The notes below the pieces were generated by a model that saw only the letters and a list, made by a program, of their open reading frames with translations, did no database searches and had not been told where the DNA came from. Of a stretch of 64,000 nucleotides of DNA, positions 25,736 through 39,290 are shown piece after piece. Location of the stretch: positions 37,944,001 through 38,008,000 of the forward strand of contig OX597819.1 of assembly GCA_951406725.2 (NCBI GenBank), given 5' to 3'. The stretch comes from Octopus vulgaris (lineage: Eukaryota). Made by a program: the position numbers and the translations under genes. Position 1 is the stretch's first letter; every line of letters starts with the position of its first letter.

Positions 25736-26763
25736 TATTCATACATACATACATGCATGCTACCATGTATGTACGTATGTATGTATGTATGTATGTATGT
25801 ATGTATGTATGTATGTATGTATGTATGTATGTATGTATGTATGTATGCATGCATGCATGCATGCATGTATGTATGTATGTATGTATGTATGTATGTATGC
25901 ATGCATGCATGCATGTATGTATGTATGTATCTACGTACGTATGTATGTAGATATGCGTGTGTGTGTGTGCATGTTCATTGTACATTGTACTGTTAAATAT
26001 CATACACATACATGTGTGCGTGGTGCTAAACTGAACAATGGATTAAGTGGGATAGCAAAAGCATAACTCTTGAAATGTGGCATGATAAAATAACTGCAAG
26101 TCTAATATAGCTACATTTCCTTTTGATATTAGTATCACTTGCAAGTTCCTTGGAAACATACTCATGTGTAATTACTTTAAGTGATCTAGAGCCGTTCTCC
26201 AACAGGTTATTTCTGAGATAAGTTTGTTCAGCAGATTGGGTAGATGTACAAGGCTTTTTCATTCTTCTCGAAAAAGTTTTGCCTTGATGTCAAGATTTCG
26301 ATGGTTTTAAATATTACCAGAGCAGATTTCCTCTACAGTCCAGTTCAATATCCCAAATGTTGGTACTATTACTTTACAGTAAAAGCGTTATGGGATATTG
26401 TTTTTTTTTGGGGTTTTTTTTGTAAGAGGAAAGCTCTAACAGATAAATAATATAAAAATCTGGTGTAAAACATTTCTGCAACTTTTAGTTCACAGCACCT
26501 TTGTGTGATATATTTTTGTCACTTAAGAGGCATTAGCAGCATTTATTGATAAACAAAGGGGATAAGGGATAAACCTAATCTGAGAGGATGGATTGGCGGG
26601 TTCTCTGTTGTATAAACAACATCAGGGTCACTTCACAGCAGAAAAATACAGGATTCAAATCCTGTCATTGAGTCATTTGTTCTTTTCTGATCCCTAAATT
26701 TATGCCGTTAATGTTACATTTGTGTGTGTGTCTGTACATGCACACATGTGCATGCACAAACAC

Positions 26764-26802
<39 letters not shown>

Positions 26803-26838
26803 ATATATATATCAGTTTTTGTTATATATTAAATGCAG

Positions 26839-26977
26839 GCTGGTATTGATGAAATTGAAGAGACCAAAGAAAATGTAATGAAGGTTGTATTGAAAAGGAT
26901 TCCCAGTTTCAAACGCCTCCAGGTCAAACACTATAAAGTAGAAAAATTATATAACACATCATCAAAAATGTTCACAT
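26839..26977 (+). CDS. Coiled-coil protein gene, exon F (AGIDEIEETKENVMKVVLKRIPSFKRLQVKHYKVEKLYNTSSKMFT)
   Basis: TGCAG acceptor, T|GTAAGT donor; phase 1 out matches next exon (t+ac = Tyr). Confidence 0.8.
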
Positions 26978-27100
26978 GTAAGTAGGAAATGAGAAAGAGT
27001 GTGGACAGGTGGTCTAGTTTGTATAACAAACATTTGTACAATTTTTTTTTAATGATGGAATGCAAACAGCTTGTAAAAAGTGTTGAGAATAGGGAATGTA

Positions 27101-28167
27101 CACAGACATGCAGGAAGTAAATAGACACCTTTAATTTTCAAAATCTTTTATTTAACACGCAAAGCAAACATTTGATATGTAATTGATAGGTAGGGCTACA
27201 TACTTTAGTATTTTGTTGACATTTCCTTTGCAGTTTTTAATTCAGAAACTCTTTTTGGCATTGAACTAATGAACTTTGTGAGTGTCTCTTGTGGAATTTC
27301 TGCCCACTTTTCACACAACAATTGAAACAATCGTGTGAATACAACGGAAGTAGTCCATGCTTAAGTACTTCGATATATTTTTCAGAGTTTATGGTTCCAA
27401 CACATTCGATCAGCTCAGAACGACCATTGCTGTTAACAGCTCCCCATACCATTACAGAGATACCACCATGTTTCACAGTTGGTTGGAGTCATTTCAAATC
27501 AGATTCTTGATTGGGAAGCCTCCAGACCCAAACACGTCCACTGTCTGAAAATAATACAAATCTGGATTCATCTGAGAAAATCACGCTATCCCAAAATGAA
27601 CTGGATTTTTCTGACATCTCCTTAGCCCATTTTTTTCTTTTCATGATATTAATTGGTTGAAAGAGAGGTTTTCTTCTCTCTGCTTGCCCATAATACCTAA
27701 GCTTATGCAGATATGTTACACATGTTCTTGGACTAACTTCTAGCTGTTTTGCAATGTCAAAAGCCTTTGAATGGGGATTATTTTCCACAATTCTCTTCAA
27801 ACAGTGAAGCTTCCTTTCCGGGGGCCCAGATCAGCTGGGACAAGAATCTGTTGATTCTTTTTCTTGGCTTTTGATTTGCACTATAATTCTATTAACAGTA
27901 GCAAGAGGAATTTGAAGAATTTCAGCAATTTTTCACTGGCTAAGACCAGCCTCAGATTGCCCAAAAATACAACCCCATTGAAAATCTGAGTTCTACTGAA
28001 TGTTTTGTGTGTGGCATGGTTACTCTTCGCAAATGTTTAATATAATGGCACCTGGAATGAAAAAGAATAATTACGTTGTAAATTCTACACCGCTGAAAAC
28101 ATATTAAGACGCTTAGATCAGAAATTTTGAAAATTAAAGGTGTCTATTTACTTCCTGCATGTCTGTG
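27101..28167 (-). mobile_element. Tc1-like transposon, internally deleted, with intact TIRs
   Basis: Perfect 44 bp TIRs CACAGACATGCAGGAAGTAAATAGACACCTTTAATTTTCAAAAT and TA flanks; [12 protein letters not shown] and [11 protein letters not shown]; second and third catalytic motifs missing. Confidence 0.93.
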
Positions 28168-28299
28168 TATGTATGTATGTATGTATGTATGTATGTATGT
28201 ATGTATGTATGTATGTATGTATGTATGTATGTATGTATGTATGTATGTATGTATGTATGTATGTATGTATGTATGTATGCATGCATGTATGTATGCATG

Positions 28300-28333
<34 letters not shown>

Positions 28334-28855
28334 CCTACCTATCTACATACTTACATACATACCTACACACATAGCCACCTTCCTCCTCATTGTCTTCTTT
28401 CTCATCATTGTCATCCTCGTCCTCTTCCTCTTCGTCATCATCATCATCATCATTGTCATTGTCTTCGTCGTCATCTTCATCATTATTATCATTTTAATGT
28501 CCACTTTTCCAAGCTGGCATGGGTTGGATGGAATTTGTTGAAATACAATTTCTATTTCAACAACAAATTCAATTCAATCCATGCCAGGATGGAAAAGTGG
28601 GTGTTAAGCAGTAGGTGTCAAACAGTGGAGGTTAAAATGATGATGATGATTATGATGATATATGAAGAGTTTCAATAAAGTTTCTGCCTATTAAAATTTC
28701 AATCATAAAGTACTGGTTAACCTAAGCCTATAGAAGAAAGCATTTTCCCAAGGTGCCATGCAGAGGAATCAAAACTAGAGACCATGTGAAAGCCTTCTTA
28801 GTTTAGATAATTCCACATCTGCCTGTCAAAGTTAAGTTTATTGTTTCTCTTGCAG

Positions 28856-28935
28856 ACATAAGTCAGAAAGAAGCAATTATAGAAGATGAAGTAAAATTTG
28901 CTGCAAGAAATCTTGAAAGTAAAAAAAAGAAATTG
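28856..28935 (+). CDS. Coiled-coil protein gene, exon G (ISQKEAIIEDEVKFAARNLESKKKKL)
   Basis: Strong acceptor ttgtttctcttgcag, TTG|GTATTT donor, phase 1 in and 0 out. Confidence 0.8.
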
Positions 28936-29462
28936 GTATTTACCTTATTTTAGATTTTCTTCTATTCATAGTTGTGTGAGTTAGTAAATCGTATACGTGT
29001 CTGTGTACTTTTATTTGATTTTATCAACGGGTTATTGTTGTTGTTCTTCACTCTCATATCTCATCAAAGACATTCCAGCTCTGACCATTTGCACTTATTT
29101 TTCACAGTAAGGAATCTTAGGCCTTTTTAATCAATGTATTCTTTTCTAAGATGGTCGGGTGTGACTTGAAGGAATTTGTGGCTGTTATTTCTAGCAGGTC
29201 AAGCAACCATGTAGAAGTTTTCTTATTGATTTGTTGTAACTCTACCAAATTCCACTTGCAAGGCATTAATCAACCTGAGACTACAGTAGAAGCCATGGCA
29301 TAACTAGAGTCTGTGCCCCCCTGCCCATCCCCCAGTGGGACCGAACCCGGAACCATGTGGTTGGTAAGCAAGCTACTTACCACACAGCCACTCATGCACC
29401 TATGACTGTATGAATTTGTGGTTTTGTTTGCTGTGTGTATTTTATGAATGAATCTACATTAA

Positions 29463-29682
29463 CCATTTAGCATTCAAGCTTACTCTGTCAAAGGTATTGC
29501 TTATTTATTCACATTGTTTTGAATTAATCCCACATTCTCTCATAGATCAGGATTTCAATGATGTGCTTGTTTCTTTTTAGAATGACATTGTAAGGTATGT
29601 GTGGACAACCAGATCTAGCTGGCTTGAACATAAAACAGGTAGAATATTTTGGCTGGACATGGACAGTTTAAATACTAAAAGG
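29463..29682. mobile_element. TTAA-flanked piggyBac-type MITE family, about 200-220 bp
   Basis: Termini (TTAA)CCCTTTAGCATT...AATGCTAAAGGG(TTAA), variably decayed; other copies at about 15333-15530, 49695-49899, 59805-60022 and 60791-61004. Confidence 0.7.
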
Positions 29683-30393
29683 TTAAAATTTACTTGGTTG
29701 TTGTTAGTTTAACCCCAGGTCAGCTCTAATCAAGTAGATCTATGATCAAATGATCAAACTGTTCCAGTCATAACTGTACCATTTTATTCTTAGTGTATAC
29801 AGTACTATGTTATTCAATGTGCCCTTCCTTTTCATATGATGACAGTGTCTCGCTTGAGATGAATTTGGTTGCTGTTGTTGTTGTAATTTATCCCAAACAG
29901 AGAGCCCTGATTGAGCAAGCCTATGGTCAAAAGCACTTCAGCCATGACTATCCCATTTATTTTTAATAATTGTATATATCTAGGACTACAGGATTAATGT
30001 GTCCTTCTGCTTTTATCATGATGGGGTGTGATTTGAGAAAAAATTGGCTGCCATTTTTAGCAAGTGTACAGGTTTACTCATTAACTATGATTTCTTTTAT
30101 GTAGAGTGTGCCCTAATGAGCTTTTGTATTTTAAGTGCAAGTAATCAAATACAAAAGGTTTATACCCAGTCTATGATTTCCATACTGACCTCTTGCAATA
30201 GTGAATTCATAAGAATTACTGCTTTAGTTCCAGAGTTAGAATTGATTGAAACAGTCAAAGCCTTTTAATTGCAAAGATGTCAACCTGTTCTTGCAGATAA
30301 TACAGTTATTTTTAATTTATTTGTCAAAATAATCATAACTGATGAAAGACTCAAATGGAATTATAAAGTCATTATTTATTCTGTGTGTTTTAG

Positions 30394-31982
30394 CCCTTTT
30401 AAAATGGTTGACATAAATTTATGTTCACAATGTACATGCTTTAAATTGGTTGACGTAATTATACGCCACCTGACTTAGAACCTGTTGCCTGAGTTAGTAC
30501 CTGTCACCAACCAACTGATAGGCCAGTTAAATGTTTCATGTAAATATCTACAACCCAATAGGCTGGTCCTGCCACTCTGGCTCTGCCAACATCATTGTCA
30601 CATTCTGTTTCATCAGATTTGTGATTGTTGTGCCAAGCTACACCAAGCTCCACCACTTCACCAGTTGTTTCATCTGGTTCAGACGATGACTCAGAGAGTG
30701 AGTATTTTTCTAGTTCAGAATCAGATGATTCCAATAACAATGATGATATTCTGGTGAATCAAAGGTACTGGCAAGTGGCAGTGAATGATCCTGGACAACA
30801 GAATGTCGTGTGGCGAGTTTGAGACAATTTTGTCTGACAGCATGGGTTTACTGGTACGTCTGGCATAAAGGCAAAACTTGAACATGGAAGTTAGCTATTG
30901 GAAATCTTCCACAAGTTTTTGATTGATGAAATGTTCCAATATATAGTGGATGAAATGAATGACTATGCTAAAAACCATCCCCAGCATGTCAGACCCAGAC
31001 ATGACAGCGATTGGTTTCCAACCACATGGGATGAAATCAAAGTCCTGCTTGCACTGTTGATACTGATGGACATCATGAAGAAACTGAACCTGACATCATA
31101 TTGGAATTGGGATTCAACTATGTTAACGTCTTTCTTTCCGAAAATGATGCCACGATGTTTCCATACAATGAAGGGATGGGCAGGGTTGATCACTCAGATC
31201 AGCTGGCAATGACACACAAATCGGTGAGAAAATTTGTGAAATGATACAAAAAAAAGTTTATTGCTTATAGTTGATATGTGTGTTGTGATTTTTGGCAGAT
31301 GCTTGGTGGTGTGGGGGATGGATTGACATTCAGGAATCTATTGTTCCATGAAATGATCAAAGCATCAGACCTGCCAAAGTACAGAATGTGTGGATGTCCC
31401 CAAACTGGACTCTCTCCTCACTGCATGGTGAAGGGATGTGGACATTTTCTATGACTGTTTCCCCCCACTTCCAAGAAGACAAGTGCTTCAAAGAGATGCA
31501 CAGTATGTAAAGCAAAAGAGAACCATAAGAAAACTTGATGCCATTGTTCACAATGTGATATGCTACTGTGTATGGTGCTCTGTTTTGAACTCTACCACAC
31601 TAAAGTCAATTTTTGAATTCACGTGATTGTAAATACATGAAGTTGATCTGACTTGTGCTATTGAGTGACCTTATTCAGGAATAATACTACAAGAGCATCC
31701 TGCATAAGGATATAGTTTAGGTAAATGAATAGTACTTCCACTAAAGCAGTTGACGTAAATATATGCCAAACATTATCTCAGAGCTTGAGTGCCGACCTCA
31801 ATCAGCACAATTACCATTACTGCACACAGGCAACTGAATGAATCACCACCATAAACTGGTTAAAGCAGTTGATATAAATATTCACCGAACCATTGTTATG
31901 CACCAATTGCTGATCTCAGCTGAGATGATTACCGTCAGTGCAACCTAGTTGCTTGATGAAAAAGAAAACCGTTATCACAAAG
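30394..31982 (+). mobile_element. piggyBac transposon relic (PGBD-like transposase, internally deleted)
   Basis: Acidic N-terminal region; FLIDEMFQYIVDEMNDYA...WFPTTWDEIKVLLALLILM...SYW; YNEGMGRVDHSDQ; C-terminal Cys-rich remnant; CCCTTT start and AAG-TTAA end. Confidence 0.8.
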
Positions 31983-33370
31983 TTAATAGCATAGTTAGGG
32001 GGAGAAAGTTAAATGGTTCATGAACCTTTTTAAGGGTCCCTTGCTCTAGTAGAAAAAAAAAGGAAGATAATTATCCTCAGACTGGAAATCCTGTCCTGAC
32101 TCTTCCAAAAGAGTGAACTCTTCTAAAAGCAAACAACAGCAAGGCAGTGGTGTTAAACTAGGTAGTGAATCAAGTTTACTCTTGAAGAACAATTCGTCCA
32201 ATGGACTTCACATAATTTCTGTTTAAACTTCATATAATTGGGCTACTATTTTTAGTGTTAGCATAAAGGCTCCCTCATTGGCTCAGATTCTCTTTTCATA
32301 AAATGTATCTTGATGAACTTTCATATTTTAAGCATAACTAACCAAATTTAGCTATTGAATTCTATTCACAAGGCTTTGATTGACCTGAATCTTTGGTAGA
32401 AGACATTTTCCCAGTGTTGTGCTGTGGGATTAAACAGGAATGTGACACAAGTGGGTCTTTAAACTAAACCTTTGGTAACATGACATTGCTAAAAAAATTA
32501 TTCTTAACTAGACACATTGCCAACTAATTTGTAGGGAATGAGTACAGTTGATTGAATTGCCCTGTGTTTTGTTGAGAAAGTGCAAAGTTGACTCTTTTAT
32601 AGGCATTGAATTAAGAAATGGAAAAAAAATATTGCAACTGAAGTCAGAATTGAAATTAAAATGTTTTTAATTTCATTCAAATGTCAAAGTATTCTTTAGA
32701 TTCTAACTCTCTCAATGGAAAAAATTCTGTATGAAACTTGTTATGTGTACTCTCTTTTTTATTACATAGTGGATGATAGGAAGGAGCAGAAGTACTTGTA
32801 TAAGTACTGTTGATTGAGTTACCCTGTGTGTTTTGTTGACTTTGAAGGCAATACAAAGTTGATTCTTTTTCAGGCATTGGACCATTCCTTCTTCCTCTTC
32901 ACAGTCCTTGCACTGTCCCTTTCTAACTTCAATGTTAAGGAACAGAACTGAATACTTAACAGTATTCAATCCTGTATGCTATGATCAATGGTATTTCATT
33001 ACCTTTCAATAATGTTGGCATATAGCCATATTTCTTTCGGGAATAGAGTTGATCCAAACCAACTCTGCCACTGGTACTTAAATGCTACATATTTCTAAGT
33101 TCATATCATGACAGAGTCAATATATCATCCTGGGGAATGAACTCAGAATGTAAAAGGAGGTAACCAAATACATTAATGCTTTTTGTTGGGCTCTTTGCCA
33201 ATTCTGCCATCTGTTGCCCCTTTTAACAAGAATAATATATTTCAGAATCATGAAATACTGAGTTTTGTTACATTTTCTATTTGTTTGAGAGTTAAAGTGT
33301 TGCCTTCATTGCATAGATTATGATTAAGAAGAGATGATGTTAATGCTCTGACATTTTCTTATTTGTTCAG

Positions 33371-33523
33371 GCTCAATGGAATGCAAGAATTGAAAATAAC
33401 CGTAAGGCTTATATTAAAGCTTTAATTGTTAATGCTAACAAGATAGAATGTATTGAAGAGAATATATATTCCGAGTTAAATAAAATTCGTGCCATAATGT
33501 TAATCAATTCTCAACTTAGAGAG
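33371..33523 (+). CDS. Coiled-coil protein gene, exon H (AQWNARIENNRKAYIKALIVNANKIECIEENIYSELNKIRAIMLINSQLRE)
   Basis: ttttcttatttgttcag acceptor, 51 open codons, ends at GAG|GCAAGT (GC donor) in phase 0. Confidence 0.8.
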
Positions 33524-36500
33524 GCAAGTATTTGGAAGGAAGATTCATTTATTTTAACTTTGAGGCACAAACTTATTCTACTAACTTAAAATTTACCCCT
33601 GACAGTCTATAGAAAATTAGTCTACAATTAATGATAGCATGAAACTGCAGATGGTTGTGGTAGCAGTGGTCATGCTGTTATTGTTGTTGGTGGTGATATT
33701 GCTAGCAGCAGCAATTATTAAATACTTAGGAACTCCTTTAAATGCAAGAACTTATTGCTAACTACATTTGTGCATTTGCTACATACAAAGTTTCTCTTCT
33801 CAGTCAGCCTGGTTGTAATCCCATTGCATCTCTTATGCACCCAAAATTTACATTTGGTAAACAGCAGAATTTCTACCTTTCTTCATATTGAGAATAACTA
33901 TCTCCCTCTAGAACTGCAATATTTGATCACCATCATCAACTAACCAGGTGAGGAATGAATCCCACTTAGCTAACTGATCCTTGATTTGCTATAGAAGAAC
34001 TGTGAAAGGTTTTTCTTCTTCAGACACTATGTACAACCAGATTATCTATATGTACATCCACACTGAATAATGAAAACATAAAATTATTGTAATTATTGTA
34101 TTCTTGTATGTCAATGATCTAGTTCCCATAGTTTAATTGATCACAGATTTTAGAAAAAAAATTCCAAACATACAATCAAGATGCCTCAAAGTAAACCTAG
34201 TAAAGGATAAAGTTTTAGTTAACTGGTAAGGAGACAGATCTCTTGTGCCACTGGAAAAGTGGCCATGCTCCATAAGCTGAAAAGGAGTAAGTAGAAATTC
34301 TAATAAATGGACCGATTGTAAACTATGGGTGTGCAAGATGGAAAAATGGGATCAGTGGCAAGCTGACAAAGAAAACAGATTTCATATGTAGAAAAAACAC
34401 AGTAGTTAACAGTAAGTGTACTCATGAAATAAATTCTTAAATGGAAAGCTTTCTTGGAGTTGTTGATTAAGTGACATAATTAGCAGTAAAGATGGAAGAG
34501 AGAGATGGGGATGGAGGTGATGGTGAGTGAAATGTGTAATTTTTAAAAAACTGTTTCCCTCTATTACTTAGCTCATCTGTAACACTTCTACATGATCAGT
34601 TGAAAGGTAAAGCAAAGAGTGAAAGAGAAAGGAAAGAGAAAAAGAGGGTAAGATGAAGAGTGAGAGAGAGAGAGAGAGAAGTGCTGTGTATTGAGTCTAT
34701 AAAATTGTGCATAAAGTAGATAAAGCATATATGTAAATTGTATTAAGTAATCATCGTATTTCAATTTCCTTCACTTTTCAATGGTCAGCAGATGAGTGAC
34801 TATCTTTCCATACAGACACAACACAGGCTACGCTTTCAGGTTTTATGGATAAAATTTTCAGAAATAACCCAGTAGGTTTACCATTAGTTCCGTGAAATAT
34901 TCATGGGTCCCACTAGTTACTTATTATTGAGACCATCGCTCCCAGTTGCTTACCATCTTCCATCTTCATTCCTATCCATCACTCTTTCCTTTATGTTACT
35001 CCCTCCTCTTTAACCCTGACAAGCCATGTTCCTGCTATAGTAAGAATAGCATAGATGTAATTTCTGCTGGATTTCCACTAAAGCGGTGATGAACAACATA
35101 TGCAGAAAAAGAAGGTAAAATGCTAAAACTAGACAACTGATCGCATTGCAGTTTTGTAGTCGAGTGTGTTTAGGACTCATTGTTAAAGGTGTCATCCATA
35201 GCTTTTGTTTGTAATTGAGAAAAGGACTGATTTTGTGATGAAATGAGCATGTGATGTACCCAGCATTTTGTCTTGTAAACAAGCAAAGCCGAGACTCTTT
35301 GCAGTTGAGGAAATTATTGATGATATTTATTCTTTGGACAAAGCGTTTACACTTGTGCCAGCAATAAGAGTGACTCAGACAATCAAACTGGTGAAAGTGA
35401 TGAGGAAAGTAGCAATTCAGGTGAACAAATAGTGTGATAGACCTATTATTGTTATTCTGAATCTTTTTGTGATTCTGTTCATTAGTTTGTCTGCAACTGT
35501 TACTCTTGAGCAACTATTTATTTTTTTGCTCAGGAGCCCAGATGGAGGAGACACAGGGGCCCAGGTCTGAGAGGATTAAAGAGGGCATTTACATCCATCT
35601 ATCTCTCTCACTTTCCATACTCCTTCCACTTTTATTACTCTGTTTCTCTCTCATCACTCTCCATATCCGTCATGTCACTTATGCTGTTTCTATTCAACCT
35701 TATTACCAACAATTGTTATGTAGCAGTCTGTCATTCCCCTTCACTAGTATCTATCATCCTGTTGCTCACATCACTCTGATTCTTCCTTTCTTTCACTCTT
35801 TTGCTTGGGCCCTTTTCCCACCCAGTTATGTGACAAAAAAAATAAATAAAAGTGTGGGCTCTCTTTAGTCTTGCCAAGTGTGAGACAATCCTTTGAAAGA
35901 GGTGAATGAATGAATGGAAAGAAGTGAGGGTTGAGAGAATTGTTTAGTATTGTCAGGGAGATAGCATAACCTTCCTGGTGATGGTGTCATGGTAGAATAT
36001 ATCCAGTACACACTGTAAAGTGGTTGGCAAATGAACAGAGACAATAGGATAGTGAGGGCTTTTTAGTTTTGTTGGTGACATGTTAACTTCCTTCAAGCTG
36101 GTGGGATGTGCAAATGTACCCAATATGCTTTATAAAGAGGGTGGCAACATAAAGGACAATCAGCTATAAAATCCACAACAAAAATTTAATAAGTACAAAT
36201 GCGAAATTGTCCTCAGGCTATTTGGCAGTTATACCAAATATAAATTGATCCATGCCAGTATAGAAAAGTGAATCATCATCACCATCACCATTACTACTGC
36301 TGCCGCTACCACTGCCATCACCACCAATGCCATCACTATCATTATCCCCAACAATTAATGCTGGCAGGGTTTGGATGGTTTGACAGGAGCTGGCAAGTGA
36401 GAAGACTGCACCAAGCTCTCCTGGCTGCCTTAGCATAATTTCTATGGCTGGATGTCCTTCCTAACACCAGCCACGTTACTGAATGTACTGGATGCTTTTT

Positions 36501-36961
36501 ATGTGGTACCAGTTCCAGACATATCCCAAGTAACTTGGAAGATGAGCCCTTTCAGCCAGGGGTAAGAGGGAGGGAGAGTAGTATTTAGTGGGGTGACTTT
36601 TACCAGGTAATGATAGGTTGATAGAGAATATGATAGAGAGGGACAGAGACAAGTGTCTTGCTGTAGAGGAGATACATTGCTAGGAAAAAGAGAGAGGAGA
36701 GAGAAAGGAGGGGAGAGAGAGAAAAGAGAGAGAAGAGAAAGAGGAGAGAATAGAGGGAGAGAGGAGAGAAGGAGAGAGAGAAGAGAAGGAAGAGGAGAAA
36801 AGGGTGATGAGGGAAAGAAGAGGAGAGGAAAGAGAGAGTTGAAAGATGGCTGAAAGAGAAGTCGGTGAAGAAAATGTGTCAGGGTTGTACCCCCAAGTTA
36901 CAAAGTGGTGCATGTAAACTGAGATTGATGATGATGATGATTGATTTGTATCTAATCACAG

Positions 36962-37064
36962 GCTTTGGAAGAGAAAGAAATTATGTGCAAATACTGGCAG
37001 CAGAAACTTGACAATGACGGGGAGCTGGCTAAAAAGCTACAAAGCCAGGTGAATGAACTTAGAG
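36962..37064 (+). CDS. Coiled-coil protein gene, exon I (ALEEKEIMCKYWQQKLDNDGELAKKLQSQVNELR)
   Basis: Branch-like CTAAT and CACAG acceptor, G|GTAAGC donor; only the phase-0 frame is open. Confidence 0.82.
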
Positions 37065-38060
37065 GTAAGCTTAAAATATCTTACCAATCATTGTTATTTT
37101 TCCCTTTTTTTTTTCAATGGGAGAAAAGGCAGTGCCTATGATCCTTATATTGGACAGCCTGAAACTGGTAAAAGATAAGAAAGGAAGACACCGTGTCACA
37201 TGGATTTTTCTTAGACAGAAAACTGAACGAAATACTTCTGATGGAGTAAACTTCATTAAAGGCTCCCAAGTGGCAGATGACAAGAATCCTTTCTACTACA
37301 GATTCAGGGCATGAAATTTGGGAGGAGTAAGTTAGTCGATTACATTGACCCCAGTACTCAAATGATATCTACTTCATCAATCTGAAAGGATGAAATGTGA
37401 AGTCAATATTAGCAGAATTTGAACTCAGATTGCGAAAGATGGGTGAGATACCGCAAAACATTTTGTTTGATGTGTTAACGATTAGGCCAGCTTGCTGCCT
37501 TGTCCAGATGTTGGGAACAGTTGTTCTAAATGTATCTAATAACATTTTACATAACGGAGCATGTAACACACGCATGCGCACACTCATGCATGCATGTACA
37601 TATGCACATACACACACACAAATATAAGCATAAACATATAGTTTATTTATAACGGGGAAGCTATATTTGTGACACAAGTAGCTGGAATTTCAATCAAAAG
37701 CATCTACCAATATTGCAGAATTCAGCTGATTTGATAAGGTTTTTTTTTTTTTTGACTAAAATTTTCAGTTTTTCAGATTTTCAGTTGCCACATTTGAATA
37801 TATAAAAATGATAAAAATATTCAAAACAGAAATTTCCCTAATCTCCTATCTTTCAACTCTTTTATCAAATACCTTCCTCTATCAAGATACAATAGAACAG
37901 TGTCAGCTGCTAGCTGGTTGATGTAAGACAAAATTTGTTGCATTGTAAAATTACCATCACAAGATAAAAGGAACAGTATATACACACACACACACACACA
38001 TGCACTCACACACACATATATATGCATTTATATTTCTCTCTCTCTCTCTCTTTCTTTCTC

Positions 38061-38126
<66 letters not shown>

Positions 38127-38298
38127 TTTCCTCCTCCTCCTCATTGTCATTCAACATCCACTTTTTCAAGCTTGCAGGATGGTGACACTCACCCACAATC
38201 ATCACATGACATCAAGACAAGGGTACATACACTCACATCCAGACATTCACACCCACATGCACACACATCACACACATATACAATTATATATTATATAC

Positions 38299-38332
<34 letters not shown>

Positions 38333-38529
38333 TAGTTGTGTCAGGGGAGAGTTGTTCTGTTTTAATACCTTATTAATTAACACACACACTGGTTCAGTTT
38401 CCACTCATGTATTATTATTTTTTCCCAACATTTTCATTGCTTCTTGCAACCTCTTCAATAGTTGTTAGTTCTGTCCGTTATCAGAGCTGCATTCTTTTTT
38501 TTTTTTTGCTTATGTGCATGTCTATACAC

Positions 38530-38531
<2 letters not shown>

Positions 38532-38560
<29 letters not shown>

Positions 38561-38781
38561 TGTATGTATGTATGTATGTATGTATGTATGTATGTATGTA
38601 TTTATGTATGTATGTATGTATGTATTTATGTATGTATGTATGTATGTATGTATGTATGTATGTATGTATGTATGTATGTATGTATGTATGTATGTATTTA
38701 TGTATGTATGTATTTAAGTATGTATGTATGTATTTAAGTATGTATGTATGTATGTATGTATGTATTTATGTATGTATGTAT
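38532..38781. repeat. (TATG)n microsatellite, representative of many (TA)n, (TATG)n, (CA)n, (GA)n, (GAT)n and (AAT)n tracts
   Basis: Directly visible; others at e.g. 2090-2160, 25765-25950, 28168-28330 and 54694-54783. Confidence 0.95.
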
Positions 38782-39290
38782 TAAGGGGGTTTTCATGTGC
38801 TCACACCGACACACACATAGTCACAAATTAACAGCCACAAAGTTAGTAATAATGAATAATCTCTGATGTCATCTGACAAATGTCAGCCAAGATGGCATTA
38901 ATCAGCTAAGCTTTACCTGCTAGAAATAGCAACCCAACTGCTTTTAAATTATATCCCAAAGCTGAATGTTCAAGAATCAAACGAAGAGTAGATTTTCAAT
39001 CCCAGGATCATTCTGATTCCAAACAGTTATAATATGTCTGTGTAGAACAAATGTAGACTGAAATACAGGGGTCCCAGATGGACAGACAGAACCTTGATTT
39101 TATTATTATAGATATACATATTTATATATAGGCACAGTCATGGCTGTGTGGTAAGAAGCTTGCTTCCCAACCACATGGTTCCAGGTACAGTCCCACTGCA
39201 TGACACCTTGGGCAAGTGTCTTTTACTATAGCCTTGGGCTGACCAAAGCCTTGTGAATGGATTTGGTAGACAGAAACTGAAAGAAGCCAA

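Noticed and set aside
25582-26066. Long ORFs of MYVC/HTYI/YIYI repeats (also at 28127, 38407, 43007, 49013 and others)
   Set aside because: Translations of (TATG)n, (TA)n and (CA)n microsatellites; no splice or compositional support.
26874-26922. Earlier donors for exon F (26874, 26883, 26922)
   Set aside because: Weak consensus and phase 0, which is incompatible with exon G; the GTAAGT donor after 26977 fits.
35010-35513. 167 aa minus-strand ORF, or a Helitron helicase relic on the plus strand (CDEMSM, TIKLVKVMR)
   Set aside because: The ORF has no recognisable motif, and the helicase-like words are too short and broken to support a call without a profile search.
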